In this document: piece by piece, positions 10,342 through 21,245 of the stretch
Layout of the letters: each line of letters begins with the position of its first letter
Numbering within the stretch: position 1 is the stretch's first letter
Virus record (IMG/VR): IMGVR_UViG_3300027374_000478
Span: 64,001-128,000 of that record
Length of the DNA stretch: 64,000 nt
Source of the DNA: a virus
Taxonomy: Duplodnaviria > Caudoviricetes
Strand: one strand, 5' to 3'
Notes under the pieces: generated by a model
Databases searched by the model: none
The model's input: only the letters and a program-made list of their open reading frames with translations
What the model was told of the DNA's origin: nothing
Program-made: the position numbers and the translations under genes

Positions 10342-10702
10342 TGCAAAATTTAGGATTATTTCAGCAAAAGCAGTATATCAGATGGTAGCTGGAAATGAAT
10401 ATATAGAGTATTCAGAGAGATGTTTATTAGACAATTTCATATTTTAGGATAGTCAGACACAACAATATTTCTTGTGTTTAGTCCATTCCCTTACAACATG
10501 GACGGCTTGTTATGAGGTATTTGCAGAAGGTGGAAACGGCACGGAAATATTCGATATGTGGGATAAAATGATGGAAAATAGGGTTTGTTTAGCGTGATAC
10601 GGCGATTTATAACCAATTAGAAGGCACTAACGAATATTTCCGTTAATGCCTTTTATAGTGGCTATAAAGATGGAATAAATGGAGAAGTAGAGAGTAGAAA
10701 GG

Positions 10703-11239
10703 ATGGTTGATATTATGGCAAACAAAACATTATTAAAGAGATTTACGGAGCTTGCAAACAATAGAAAAGCGGAAATTGTAGAACTACAACATATGTATTT
10801 ATTGAAACAGATTGAAAATGAAATCGTTCAGGAGAGGTTTAAGGAAGTGTATAACAAAGTTTTAGCTGAGAATCCCTTTTATTCTGACCGTGATTGTAAA
10901 CTGCTCAAGAACGGAAACAAAATTTCTAAAGGTGATAGGATTCTTTCAAGTGATGATCAATGGTGTATGAGTACAGAAGATTATGACAGATTCTTGGAAA
11001 TTTGCAGAAAGGAAAATTTTGTTGCTGGTCTTACATATGAAGATGGAAGATATACTGAGGAAACTAATACAGAAAATCAGTTAAAAGATATTAAAGAGAA
11101 GTTGATCCGTTTGTCAGTAGAAATTTTACCTGATGATTTTCCAAATAAGAAGTTGCTTGAAGAAGCTATTGAGTACAGAGGACATAATTCATATAAGACA
11201 AGAGAAACACTTTTTGAGTTGGTTATGAAGCTGAAATAG
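10703..11239 (+). CDS. hypothetical protein
   Basis: 178 aa ORF. Confidence 0.7.
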   Translation: MVDIMANKTLLKRFTELANNRKAEIVELQHMYLLKQIENEIVQERFKEVYNKVLAENPFYSDRDCKLLKNGNKISKGDRILSSDDQWCMSTEDYDRFLEICRKENFVAGLTYEDGRYTEETNTENQLKDIKEKLIRLSVEILPDDFPNKKLLEEAIEYRGHNSYKTRETLFELVMKLK

Positions 11240-11256
11240 GGAGGATAGCATTTAAT

Positions 11257-11463
11257 ATGAAGCGGAGGACATATAATAACGTTTTAAAAGCTGTGAGATT
11301 GATTCAGAAAAAGGGATATGAAAAGAAAGAATCTTTAGAAATGGCAATTAAAATATTTGATGAAATGGAATTACTTAATAATGGAATGTCTATTGAATGG
11401 AGAATTAACCAGATTGTAGATAAAGAAACATGGAAACGAGAAGCAGAACTGTATAAGTCTTGA
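11257..11463 (+). CDS. hypothetical protein
   Basis: 68 aa, SD GGGAGG; the stop codon is the first triplet of a junction site. Confidence 0.65.
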   Translation: MKRRTYNNVLKAVRLIQKKGYEKKESLEMAIKIFDEMELLNNGMSIEWRINQIVDKETWKREAELYKS

Positions 11464-12285
11464 AACAATGGTTTCAAGTACATAGAATGGAGGATTTTTG
11501 AGAGTGATCAGAAACAAGATAAAATTTGTCAGAAATAATTATTAGATATATGGAGGTATGGTTATGGTTGATAATTTAGGACGATGGACGGAAGAAAAAG
11601 ATTATAATACATATCCAAAAGAAAAATGGTGCGATATGGATTATATGGCAGCATGGATTGTCTGAATTTGATTTTGAACCATAAAAGGCAACGAAATAAG
11701 GTTAAAATGATTTTAAATTAAAAGGAGAATAAAAATGAAGATTGTTATTTGTTACGCAATACACGAAAAGAAAATTGTAAGTTATGATACATTTGCAAGT
11801 GAAAACGATGCTTTTATTTTTATAAAAAATGATGCACAAAAAGTATATAATGAAGAAATTTACAATGGAAATTATTAATATTGCATAAAGGAGATAAAAA
11901 ATATGACAAAAAATGAAGAAATAATATGGGAAGATCTGAAAGAAAAAGCCAGAATGGCTGGTTATATAATTTTTAATCGTAAAAATTTAGAAACAGAAAG
12001 GGAATATGATGAAGCTGTAGAAAACCTAGTAAAATTTGAAATTGAGCATGGAATATTATAATTTGCTAATAAAGGAGAGGTAAAGACAATGATAGAAATT
12101 GAAAAAGAAGATAAAGTTATTTTTAGTGGTTCTAAAGATGAGTGCGTTGAATTTTTGAAAAAACTTGGAATTATTAATAAAAATGAAACTGATATACGTT
12201 TGCTTACAATGGCAGCACTGGCTACAAAATTTGGTTTATCTATGTTTAGTCGATAAAAATTAGGCATGTGGTAGGAGAATAAAAA

Positions 12286-12534
12286 ATGAAAAATGTTGTT
12301 AATGATGAATTAAGAAAAAAACAGTTGGAAATGGAAAAAAGGATTAAAAAGGAAATAGAAGATCCTAATTTTTTAAATATGTACACAAGAAAAACCTTAA
12401 GGGAAGTTATGCTTGCGCTGTTTCCATATGAATCCGTAACACATCCAGTAAATAGAGCATTTAATGGGATGACAAAAGCCAGGATGTATAGAAGGTTATT
12501 AGGCTATGCAATATTAAAAAGATGGGAAATTTAG
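12286..12534 (+). CDS. hypothetical protein
   Basis: 82 aa, SD AGGAG. Confidence 0.65.
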   Translation: MKNVVNDELRKKQLEMEKRIKKEIEDPNFLNMYTRKTLREVMLALFPYESVTHPVNRAFNGMTKARMYRRLLGYAILKRWEI

Positions 12535-12538
12535 GAGG

Positions 12539-13168
12539 TTGGTGATTGTTATGACTAATAGAGAAATATTCTTAGAAAAACTTAAAAGTGCAGATGCGCG
12601 TGATTTTGTAAACTTTATTATTGGATATGGGAAATGTACAAGATGCAGTAATTACTATTGGGATGGAAATCATAGAGAATGCCATGTAAACTTAAATAAT
12701 TCCTCCTGTGAGGAGGGAATTGCTCAATTCATGTTTTCAGGAGTTGAGGAGAATCTACAGATTAAATATCACAAGAAATATTCAAATTTCCATTCTTCAT
12801 TTCATGCGATGTTGGGAATGCATCTTTCATCAATTTTGTTTCATGCAAATGTTGTGAAGAAGTTAGAAAATGCTTGCAAACATTGCGAAAATGATTGTTC
12901 GAAATGTAGATTGCTTTGGAATAATGTCCTTGATATGTCCCGTAATTACGCAAGTAATCTTGTAAAATTTTATAATGATAATGATTACAGTCTTGAGGCA
13001 TGTAATGCTAGAGATTTGTGTAAAAGGTATTATGGTAATGCTTTTATATTTATTTCAGAAATTTTAATCCCACGTATACAAGAGCCTGAACTTCAGATAC
13101 AAGCCAAGTTACTTATTAAATTAATAAATGATAAAGAATTAATAAATGATAAAGAGGGAAATTCCTAA
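12539..13168 (+). CDS. hypothetical Cys-rich protein
   Basis: 209 aa, several CxxC pairs. Confidence 0.65.
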   Translation: MVIVMTNREIFLEKLKSADARDFVNFIIGYGKCTRCSNYYWDGNHRECHVNLNNSSCEEGIAQFMFSGVEENLQIKYHKKYSNFHSSFHAMLGMHLSSILFHANVVKKLENACKHCENDCSKCRLLWNNVLDMSRNYASNLVKFYNDNDYSLEACNARDLCKRYYGNAFIFISEILIPRIQEPELQIQAKLLIKLINDKELINDKEGNS

Positions 13169-13446
13169 AAGCATGACACTAGATTTTACCACTTTGGGTT
13201 TGAGTTAGTTGATTAAAGACTGGAAATCAGGATTTTATCGAAAATGAATGGAGGACAATATGAAGAATAAGAGATTAACGGAAATTGCTAAAAAAGTTTA
13301 TTTTTCAGGATTAGGACGTATAGATTGGAATGAAGTGGAAGAAGAATATAAACTATCGAAAACGGAACTTAATTATGTGACAAGTATAATCAGAAATTGG
13401 AACAGAAAATAACAATGAAATCGGAATTTCATCGAAAGGAAGGTAT

Positions 13447-13767
13447 ATGTGTATGGCGTGTTATGTTGTGACTAGGAAAGGAGACAATAAAGTTTTAGAT
13501 ATTGGAAATTTAGTGTCGTATTCTATGCATGGACATACTAAAGTTGCCCATGTTTATCATCCAGTTGTTGGTAGTCAAGTGTCTGGATTTTGTTGGTGGG
13601 ATACACCTGAGTATGAAGTGTATTGCATAGAGGATTTATCCTATTGGAATGTACTGGAAAAATATAAAGTTGAGGAAGACAGAGAATCAGTTGATATTTC
13701 AAAATATTATAGCAATATAAAAAATGCCAATTTAAAATATTCTGAAGATATCGGATTATATTTATAG
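13447..13767 (+). CDS. hypothetical protein
   Basis: 106 aa, SD AGGAAGGT. Confidence 0.65.
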   Translation: MCMACYVVTRKGDNKVLDIGNLVSYSMHGHTKVAHVYHPVVGSQVSGFCWWDTPEYEVYCIEDLSYWNVLEKYKVEEDRESVDISKYYSNIKNANLKYSEDIGLYL

Positions 13768-13816
13768 AAATTAGAACAATGAATCTCGTATTTCAAGACA
13801 GAATTGGAGGGAATAA

Positions 13817-14062
13817 ATGGTATTGGTAAAAGAAATAATAACAAAGTCATATCAATATGAAGAAAATGGAAGTTGTACTACTTTTGTGGAAGAAATTGAA
13901 CAGTATCATTATAGGAATGAAGAAGAAAAGAATGGACATTCACAACGTATGAAAAAAAGAGGATTTGAAGATAGTGGTCAAGTAAAAGAGAATATTGGAA
14001 CGATATTGAAACCTAACCATGTGTGGTTTGGAAGTTATTATAGATATAATAGATCTAAGTGA
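13817..14062 (+). CDS. hypothetical protein
   Basis: 81 aa, SD GGAGG. Confidence 0.65.
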   Translation: MVLVKEIITKSYQYEENGSCTTFVEEIEQYHYRNEEEKNGHSQRMKKRGFEDSGQVKENIGTILKPNHVWFGSYYRYNRSK

Positions 14063-14140
14063 CGGAGAAGATTACAAATATAATAAAGAATTGTTTGTGT
14101 CGGAAGTTAAATAATAGAATGAGTGATTGGAGGAAAAGAC

Positions 14141-14377
14141 ATGGAAAGATATGAGGTAGAAGACATAATTTTAACAATGGCAGATATTGTTAGAGAGAAC
14201 AGGTATTTAAGAAAAGAAAATAATAGACTTAGCAAGATTGAAAAAGAATATCAAAATTCAATTTTTGAAAGAGCAAAAGAAAGTGAACAAGCAAGTAGGA
14301 ATATGTTAAATGCTGCACTTGTTGGAATTACACAAGGAAAAGTAAATTTAGCAAGTGAATTATTAGATTATCTTTAA
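14141..14377 (+). CDS. hypothetical coiled-coil protein
   Basis: SD GGAGG before ATG 14141. Confidence 0.6.
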   Translation: MERYEVEDIILTMADIVRENRYLRKENNRLSKIEKEYQNSIFERAKESEQASRNMLNAALVGITQGKVNLASELLDYL

Positions 14378-14736
14378 AATTCGCATTTTAAGACAACAAT
14401 ATGAGGAGGTGTTATAATTGTCAATACTTGGAGGAATAATCTTTTTAATTATTGCTTGGTTACTTGATTAAAACAAAGGTTAAATGCCACTGGAATTATC
14501 TGGTGGCTTTAATTATGGAAAAATGTTATAATATAGGAGTTTAGAATATGGATAAAGAAATTATATTAGATTTTATATGTTATGGAAAACATATGGTTGT
14601 AGTAAAATTAGAGCATGGAACACATGTTATGTATATAGATGAATGGAAACGTACATCTAAAAAACGACATTTAGAACATCGAGATAAAAAACGAAAATAT
14701 AAAACAGCTTAATTGATAATATTAGGAGGAATTAAT

Positions 14737-15786
14737 ATGAAGACTTATGAGAGAAAGTCTTTTCCTAGAATGGCAAGAGATTTAAAGGTGATGTATGATA
14801 AGGGCAATTTATCTTTTGATAACGCAGTACAGAGATCATTTGTGTGGAAAAATACTTCTAAAGACAATCGCATGAGTATATTGATAGACAGTATGATGAG
14901 AGGGTTTCCAATTCCTGCAATGTATTGTAATTGTATATTTGAAGATATCAAAAATAAAACATATGATTTCCTTGATGGAAAACAAAGAACAACGACTGTT
15001 ATAAAATTTTTGAATGATGAATTTCCGCTTGTAAATACTCCCTCCTTTGAAGATGAGGATGGAATTGAGCATGATTTTAATGGATTGACATTTTCTCAAC
15101 TTCCGGAAGATATAAGGGACACTATTAAAACATATAACCTGACTATTTATTATTATGAAAATATGGATCAGGAAGACGCCGAAGAAATGTTCCGTAGATT
15201 AAATAATGGAAAATCGCTGACGGCAATAGAATTGACAAGAGCAAATGCAATCTCTAAAATAGAAATTAGTCAACTTGCAAAACATGAAATGTTTAATGTT
15301 GCTTTATCAGAAAAGTCATTGGCTGCATATGCAAATGAAGATGTTGTAATTAAGACATGGATATTGTTATATGGCACTAAAAAATCATTTGAAACAAAAA
15401 ATATACGTCCTGTAATGCGGGAAACAGTAATTACAAAGGATCAGGTAGAAGAAATTAATAGAATATATGATGCTTTTCTAAAAGTTTATAAGATTTTGCA
15501 GAATGCCGAACAGTTTAAGGTTGTCAAAAAGATTTTAGGAAAAGTTCATTTAATTTCTTTAATGTCTATATTGAAAAAAACTATTCATGAAAATATAAAT
15601 ATTGAATTAGTCGAAAAATGGTTGATTACGTTTTTTGGAACAGGAACTAGATTTGTATCTATTAACAACAAGTATAATGAATATTCAAAAGGTCGTGTTG
15701 CAGTTACGGAAGAGGCGGTTGAACTGAGAGGGAAAATATTGTTAGAAAATTTTGAGGAGTTTTTGGAAGAAAGTAGTAGCGAATAG
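14737..15786 (+). CDS. DUF262 (GmrSD N-terminal, ParB/Srx fold) protein
   Basis: QRSFVW, LIDSMMRGFPIP, LDGKQR, F.RLNNG..L motifs. Confidence 0.85.
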   Translation: MKTYERKSFPRMARDLKVMYDKGNLSFDNAVQRSFVWKNTSKDNRMSILIDSMMRGFPIPAMYCNCIFEDIKNKTYDFLDGKQRTTTVIKFLNDEFPLVNTPSFEDEDGIEHDFNGLTFSQLPEDIRDTIKTYNLTIYYYENMDQEDAEEMFRRLNNGKSLTAIELTRANAISKIEISQLAKHEMFNVALSEKSLAAYANEDVVIKTWILLYGTKKSFETKNIRPVMRETVITKDQVEEINRIYDAFLKVYKILQNAEQFKVVKKILGKVHLISLMSILKKTIHENINIELVEKWLITFFGTGTRFVSINNKYNEYSKGRVAVTEEAVELRGKILLENFEEFLEESSSE

Positions 15787-15820
15787 AAGGATTATTTCAT
15801 GGAAAAATGGAGGAATTATA

Positions 15821-15985
15821 ATGAATAATATGTATGAAACGTATAATCTGAAAGAAATAAAAGAGATAATAAATCAAGCTATAGAATCAGAAATGGGTTA
15901 TAATAGATTGTTTGAGGAAAGGGAACAAGAAATTATTAATAGTTTAAAAGTTAGACTGTTAGATATGTTTGGAATTGAAGATTAA
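15821..15985 (+). CDS. hypothetical protein
   Basis: SD GGAGG, MNNMYETYN... Confidence 0.55.
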   Translation: MNNMYETYNLKEIKEIINQAIESEMGYNRLFEEREQEIINSLKVRLLDMFGIED

Positions 15986-16020
15986 ATAAAATGATTGTTT
16001 CAAGAGGGAAAGGAAAAAAT

Positions 16021-16359
16021 ATGGAGATATTTATTTACAAAAAAAAGGGAAATGAATTAGTTTTTGATAAATCAAAAGCAAAATATGGTGGAATAAACAA
16101 TGATAGTATATATTATAATCAAGATATAGGTGGATTTCATAGCAGGATTGATGCAAAAAATATTGGTAAAGTAATAAATGGTATGTGCTATCTTTTACAG
16201 AGAAATGACAATCAGGTAATTATGCTTTTTTCTGAATATGATAACCAGAAAATTGAAAAACTTCAGTTAGAAATTCAAAAAATTCAAGAGGAAAAAGTAG
16301 TAAGTAAAGTAATATGGTTTAGAAATGGAGAAGGCGTTTTAGAAGAAACCGTTTTATGA
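16021..16359 (+). CDS. hypothetical protein
   Basis: SD AAAGGA, MEIFIYKK... Confidence 0.6.
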   Translation: MEIFIYKKKGNELVFDKSKAKYGGINNDSIYYNQDIGGFHSRIDAKNIGKVINGMCYLLQRNDNQVIMLFSEYDNQKIEKLQLEIQKIQEEKVVSKVIWFRNGEGVLEETVL

Positions 16360-16399
16360 TATTGATGAAATTAGATATTTAAGGAAGGGATGAGGATAA

Positions 16400-16744
16400 A
16401 TGGATAAAGAACAATTTCTCAAATGGATAGAAAATGGTGGAAGAATATATAAATATACATATGAGGTCGAAGCAGGAAAAGAAGATTTAAGAAAAAGTGA
16501 ATGTGAAGTAGACGCAGTTTATGAAGACGGGTTTAAAACGTTCGGCTTTGGATATCATATCCCATTTGATTGCTTTGAAAAATGGAAAATGCAACATTGG
16601 AGTTCAAATTCATATGAATATTTTATCTTCTTGACTAATGAACAGAACATAGATGATTATTTGGGAGAAATAAAAAAATGTATTGCTGAAGGACTTCAAA
16701 AAGAAATAAGAGATTTGCAAAGATCATTGGCATTAGTGATATAG
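16400..16744 (+). CDS. hypothetical protein
   Basis: 114 aa, SD GAGG. Confidence 0.65.
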   Translation: MDKEQFLKWIENGGRIYKYTYEVEAGKEDLRKSECEVDAVYEDGFKTFGFGYHIPFDCFEKWKMQHWSSNSYEYFIFLTNEQNIDDYLGEIKKCIAEGLQKEIRDLQRSLALVI

Positions 16745-16859
16745 TAGGCACGACAATGTGATATTTAACTAAATACATTAAGGTAGTAAAGCATTTGGAA
16801 AATAAAAATCCAGATGCTTTTTATTATACAAAAAATTACATATTCAAGGAGGTTCCAGT

Positions 16860-17789
16860 ATGAGCACAGTTGTGGCAATGAATGAGGAAACAAGGAGGAT
16901 GGAGCAGTTCAATGACATAGTGGCAAATATCAAGCCACTTATGACTGTTGGAAAAGGTAAGAATCAGAGAGCAATTACAGGGAGTGCAGTTGTTCCGTTG
17001 TCTTGTTGTTTTGTGGATTCAAGGTATCAGGGCATGAGAACACATAAGCATCTGAATCGGTTAAAGAATAAATGGGATGAACGAAAGTTGACACCTATTA
17101 TCTTAGTACCACATCCAGAAGAATCCAGATTTGCGGTTGTAGATGGTCAGGGGAGGTGTCTTGTGGCTCCTGAGAAGGGTATGGATCGTCTTAATGCAAT
17201 CATTCTCATGGATGCTCCTGAAGATTTGGATGAACGTCTGAAATTTGAAGCTGAGTATTTTATCGGACAGGATTCAGAAGTGGAAAATGTGAAGCCTCTT
17301 GAAAAGCATCTTTCAAGAGTGATTATTGGTGATAATGCTGCCGTTTCTCTGGATAAACTTTTAAACAAATATGGAATTAAATTTGTAGCCACTAAAGGAA
17401 ATAGAGGAGAGTCTATACTTGGAAGTTATACAGATGCGTATTCAATTGCGAAAGTGCATGGTGAAAAGTGTCTGGACTTTATTTTTTCTATCGTTGATAA
17501 TGCTGGGTGGAATAAAGAGACAAACGGATATGCGACATTTGTAATGAGGGCATTAAGGGAGGTTTGGATTGCCCATCCGAATGATAGGAAAGAAATACAT
17601 AGGTATTTGTCAAAGGAATTAAGGCAGATTGATCCTGCGTTATTCAGTGCAGAAGCAAAATCAAAATATCCGAAGCGTGACCACAGAGTATCTTGTGTTC
17701 TTTATGTGGAAGATTTGGTATGTGATGGACTTGGAATAGAGAAGAAGATATATGTAGAGAACGGGAAGAAAGTTAAAATCTCAAAATGA
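16860..17789 (+). CDS. ParB/Srx-fold N-terminal domain protein
   Basis: 'FVDSRYQ', 'FAVVDGQGR' motifs. Confidence 0.75.
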   Translation: MSTVVAMNEETRRMEQFNDIVANIKPLMTVGKGKNQRAITGSAVVPLSCCFVDSRYQGMRTHKHLNRLKNKWDERKLTPIILVPHPEESRFAVVDGQGRCLVAPEKGMDRLNAIILMDAPEDLDERLKFEAEYFIGQDSEVENVKPLEKHLSRVIIGDNAAVSLDKLLNKYGIKFVATKGNRGESILGSYTDAYSIAKVHGEKCLDFIFSIVDNAGWNKETNGYATFVMRALREVWIAHPNDRKEIHRYLSKELRQIDPALFSAEAKSKYPKRDHRVSCVLYVEDLVCDGLGIEKKIYVENGKKVKISK

Positions 17790-17812
17790 TTTGGTGAAAT
17801 GGAGGAAATGTC

Positions 17813-18856
17813 ATGAAGATAATTAAAGGTGCGGATCGTGGAAGAACAGAGTGGACAGCACGGAAACTTGTTGAATTAGTGGAAGATGGAACAGTGAATT
17901 TTAACATTGATATTCAAAGGGGTTATGTGTGGAAAGATAATGACAAGAAATCTGCTTTGATTCGCTCTTTGATATTGGATAGACATGTTCCTCCTCTGTA
18001 TTTCAATAAAGTGGAAGATGTTTATGAGGGCGAAGATGGGAAACAGCGGACATTAACTATCATCAAATTCTTGAATAATGAGTTTGAATTGAGCGGACTT
18101 GAAGAATTTACAGTTATAAATGATGAGAGCGAAACAGAGGAAATTGACATCAACGGGTACAAGTTTAGTGATCTTCCTGAATGTTTCCAGAACGCTATTA
18201 AGGAGTATTCATTCACAATTTGCTATACGGACAATGCGAATCAGGAAGAACAGGCGGATACATTCTATAATCTGAATAATGGTCAGGCATTAAACGCTGC
18301 TACGATGAACCGTGTAAAAGCAAAATCAAAGGAACAGATTATCAATCTTGGGAAGCATAAGTTGTTTGCTGATGCTTTAAGTCAGACAGCTTTAGATGGA
18401 CATGTGAATGAAGATATGGTGGCCAAAGCACATGCAATCTTAAATGACAGTGAAGTTTCTACAGATGCAAAATGGATTCGTCCTTACATGAGAATGGCAG
18501 ATATTACAAAGGATGATGAATTCTTACTTAGCGAAGTATTCGACCGTATTTACAATATACATGCCATGATAGAGGATAAGAAAATTGCAAAGAGGATTTA
18601 TGCCAGGACGCATATGATTAGTATTGTGCCGATTGTTGCAGAGTCGCTTAATGACGGATATTCTGACAAACAAATGATGGAATGGTTTGTAAATTTCTTT
18701 AGCGGAAAGAAATCTGCTACAACTTCTAAAGCATATAATGACGCTGCCGGAAGAGGAACTGGAAAGAATTCTGCTGTTATGAAGAGGGTGGAGGAAATCA
18801 AAAAGGATTATGATAGGTATTTTGGAAATACGAAATCTTTGGCCGAAGCAAGTTGA
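17813..18856 (+). CDS. DUF262 (GmrSD N-terminal, ParB/Srx fold) protein
   Basis: QRGYVW, LIRSLI, EDGKQR, F.NLNNG..L; paralogue of 14737-15786. Confidence 0.85.
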   Translation: MKIIKGADRGRTEWTARKLVELVEDGTVNFNIDIQRGYVWKDNDKKSALIRSLILDRHVPPLYFNKVEDVYEGEDGKQRTLTIIKFLNNEFELSGLEEFTVINDESETEEIDINGYKFSDLPECFQNAIKEYSFTICYTDNANQEEQADTFYNLNNGQALNAATMNRVKAKSKEQIINLGKHKLFADALSQTALDGHVNEDMVAKAHAILNDSEVSTDAKWIRPYMRMADITKDDEFLLSEVFDRIYNIHAMIEDKKIAKRIYARTHMISIVPIVAESLNDGYSDKQMMEWFVNFFSGKKSATTSKAYNDAAGRGTGKNSAVMKRVEEIKKDYDRYFGNTKSLAEAS

Positions 18857-18972
18857 AAGTGTATATGATTTGATATAGATTGTTTCATGCTGTATATGCA
18901 TGGAATCGTGTTCTATACTTCAACACGAAAAAGAGAAGTAGTTTATATAAAACGATTTGGAGGATAAAATAT

Positions 18973-19536
18973 ATGGCATATATTTTGCAAAAAGACGCTT
19001 ATTATTGCTATCTGGATGGCAAACATACAATATGTAAAACACAAAACCTAAATTTGGCAACAAGGTTTGAAACACAAGGTAGTGCCAGAGCTATGCTAAA
19101 TAAAGCGACAAAGAAATTGAAAGACTATAAGATTGTTGATATGGAAACCATGCAACAGGTAGGAGATATTCATAAAATTAAGCGCAAACAATTTTCGTCA
19201 GAGGAAAGAATTAAAATTTATAATAAGGGTAAAGGGAGATGTGCAATATGCGGAAAATTTATTCCATATGACAGTTTTACAGTCGATCATATTGTTCCTT
19301 TAGCAAAAGGTGGAACTAATGCAATGGATAATCTTCAAGTTGCCTGTAGCGTATGTAATCTTATTAAACAGGATATTTTACCAGAAGATTTAATGAAGAA
19401 ATTAACGGAAATTATCTTATATCAAATGAAGAAATCATATGATGATGACTTATGGAAAAAATTATATTACATAAGGCGATTGAAACAGAAAAATAGATTT
19501 TTAATAGTAATGAGAAGAATTTTAAAACAGACTTGA
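18973..19536 (+). CDS. HNH endonuclease domain protein
   Basis: CAIC...VDHIVPLAKGGTN..DNLQVACSVCN..K. Confidence 0.85.
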   Translation: MAYILQKDAYYCYLDGKHTICKTQNLNLATRFETQGSARAMLNKATKKLKDYKIVDMETMQQVGDIHKIKRKQFSSEERIKIYNKGKGRCAICGKFIPYDSFTVDHIVPLAKGGTNAMDNLQVACSVCNLIKQDILPEDLMKKLTEIILYQMKKSYDDDLWKKLYYIRRLKQKNRFLIVMRRILKQT

Positions 19537-19577
19537 AATCATCGTTTCAACTTGTGATACATAGTTGCACAGAATAT

Positions 19578-19617
19578 TGTACAAAATATTGACAATACTA
19601 AGAATATAGAATATACT
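19578..19617 (+). promoter_or_regulatory. TA promoter with TGTACA operator core
   Basis: TTGACA(19589)-17-TATACT; TGTACA palindrome just upstream, as in YefM-family operators. Confidence 0.65.
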
Positions 19618-19639
19618 ATATTCAAAGGAGTGTGATTGT

Positions 19640-19891
19640 ATGATAGCAACAAATTTTTCAAATGTAAGGAATAACTTCAAAGAAGTTTGCGATCGGGTTG
19701 TACATGATTCTGATATCGCAATAATTACGAGAAAAAACGATGAAAATGTTGTGCTTATGTCTCAGGCACAGTATGATAATCTGATGGAAAATCTTCATAT
19801 AAGGGAAAGTAAAGCGAATTATGAGTGGTTGAAAGAGTCTATCAAGCAAGCTGAAGATGGAAAACTTGTAAGTTTTGATGTGGAGGATTAG
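19640..19891 (+). CDS. yefM: Phd/YefM family antitoxin
   Basis: 'NFSNVRNNFKEVCDRV......IITRKNDENVVLMS...YD.LMENL'. Confidence 0.9.
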   Translation: MIATNFSNVRNNFKEVCDRVVHDSDIAIITRKNDENVVLMSQAQYDNLMENLHIRESKANYEWLKESIKQAEDGKLVSFDVED

Positions 19892-19894
19892 TCT

Positions 19895-20149
19895 ATGAAT
19901 GTATCTTTCACGGAAAATGCTTGGGAGGATTATCTTTATTGGCAGAAGATGGACAAGAAAATTGTAAAAAGAATAAATGAATTGATTAAAGATATAAAGA
20001 GAAATCCATTTGAGGGACTTGGAAAGCCAGAACCGCTAAAATACGATTTAGCTGGAAAGTGGAGTAGAAGAATAACGGATGAACATAGGTTAGTGTATCA
20101 AGTGGAAGGAAATAATTTGATTGTGTATACATGTAGATATCATTATTGA
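19895..20149 (+). CDS. yoeB: Txe/YoeB family toxin
   Basis: 'AWEDYLYWQ..DKK..KRINELIKDI.RNPFEG.GKPEPLK..L.G.WSRRITDEHRLVY...CRYHY'. Confidence 0.95.
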   Translation: MNVSFTENAWEDYLYWQKMDKKIVKRINELIKDIKRNPFEGLGKPEPLKYDLAGKWSRRITDEHRLVYQVEGNNLIVYTCRYHY

Positions 20150-20168
20150 TAGTTTAGAGTGTGTTGAG

Positions 20169-20202
20169 AAGCATTGACGGAAACGTTAGTGCTTTTCTTT
20201 TT
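20169..20202 (+). terminator. intrinsic terminator after yoeB
   Basis: aagcattgacg-gaaa-cgttagtgctt followed by a T-tract. Confidence 0.7.
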
Positions 20203-20249
20203 GAATGTAGAAGTATAATGTAGAAAAACATAGAAAGGATGGATTTATT

Positions 20250-21245
20250 ATGTGTTATAAGGATGAAATTCAGAAGAAAAATGCGGAAAAATTACAAAGG
20301 AAAATGAATGAAGACAATATACCAATGTTCATACAGTTATATCTTTTAAACAGAAAAAGTAAATTAGGTGCATTAAATTATTATTCTGTTATTAAAAATT
20401 TGTTACGATGGATGATAGATAAAAGGCTGATTCAAAAGAATAGTATATCAGAAATTACACCGCCAGATATGGAATATATAGAGTCAGCTTATATAAATAT
20501 GTATTTAGAAGAAAAACAAAATGAAGGAATATCGCCGACAACATTGAACACAAGGAAAAACATTTTTAGAAGTTTTTGGAAGTCTATGGTTAATTCTCCT
20601 AGTGTACCTGTAAAATGTAACATTATTGAAGATGTAGCATATGAAGGTTTGGATTCTGGATATAATCGCTATGTTAAAATGCCATCAAAGGACGATCTGG
20701 AAGAAATGAGGAAAAATATTAATCAGAAAAAGAAGAATGACCGTTTTGTAAGGGACAGGAACCTGCTTATACTTACAATCCTGATGAATACAGGTTTGAG
20801 GGCATGTGAACTTATAGAATTAGAATTTTCTTCATTATTCTTAGATGGAAACGAAATAGAAAAAACGCCACATATCAGAGTAATGGGAAAAGGGGTATAT
20901 TATTCTGCACTAGGAAGAAATATTTTGCTTAATCTTACCGCAAAAGATGCATTTTTGAAATGGCTTGAAGTCAGAAATACAATAAATGTCATAGATGACA
21001 GAGCTATTTTCTTAAATAAGACAGGGAAAAGAATGCAAGAGTCTGACTTGAGAGCAATGTTTTTTGTATATAGTGGTAAAAAACTTACTCCACATATGAT
21101 CAGGCATTGGTATGGAACTGTAATAACAGAAAAATATGGAGTTGCATTCGCACAGCAACAGTTAGGGCATAAGAATGTGAATGTCACAGTAAATACTTAT
21201 GTAGATGGGGGATATGGTATTAGAGAAAAACTAGCACTAGAATAG
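20250..21245 (+). CDS. tyrosine recombinase (XerC/XerS-like)
   Basis: catalytic R (TGLR), K (MGKG), HxxR (PHMIRH), LGH, Y (NTY); N-terminal core-binding domain. Confidence 0.9.
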   Translation: MCYKDEIQKKNAEKLQRKMNEDNIPMFIQLYLLNRKSKLGALNYYSVIKNLLRWMIDKRLIQKNSISEITPPDMEYIESAYINMYLEEKQNEGISPTTLNTRKNIFRSFWKSMVNSPSVPVKCNIIEDVAYEGLDSGYNRYVKMPSKDDLEEMRKNINQKKKNDRFVRDRNLLILTILMNTGLRACELIELEFSSLFLDGNEIEKTPHIRVMGKGVYYSALGRNILLNLTAKDAFLKWLEVRNTINVIDDRAIFLNKTGKRMQESDLRAMFFVYSGKKLTPHMIRHWYGTVITEKYGVAFAQQQLGHKNVNVTVNTYVDGGYGIREKLALE

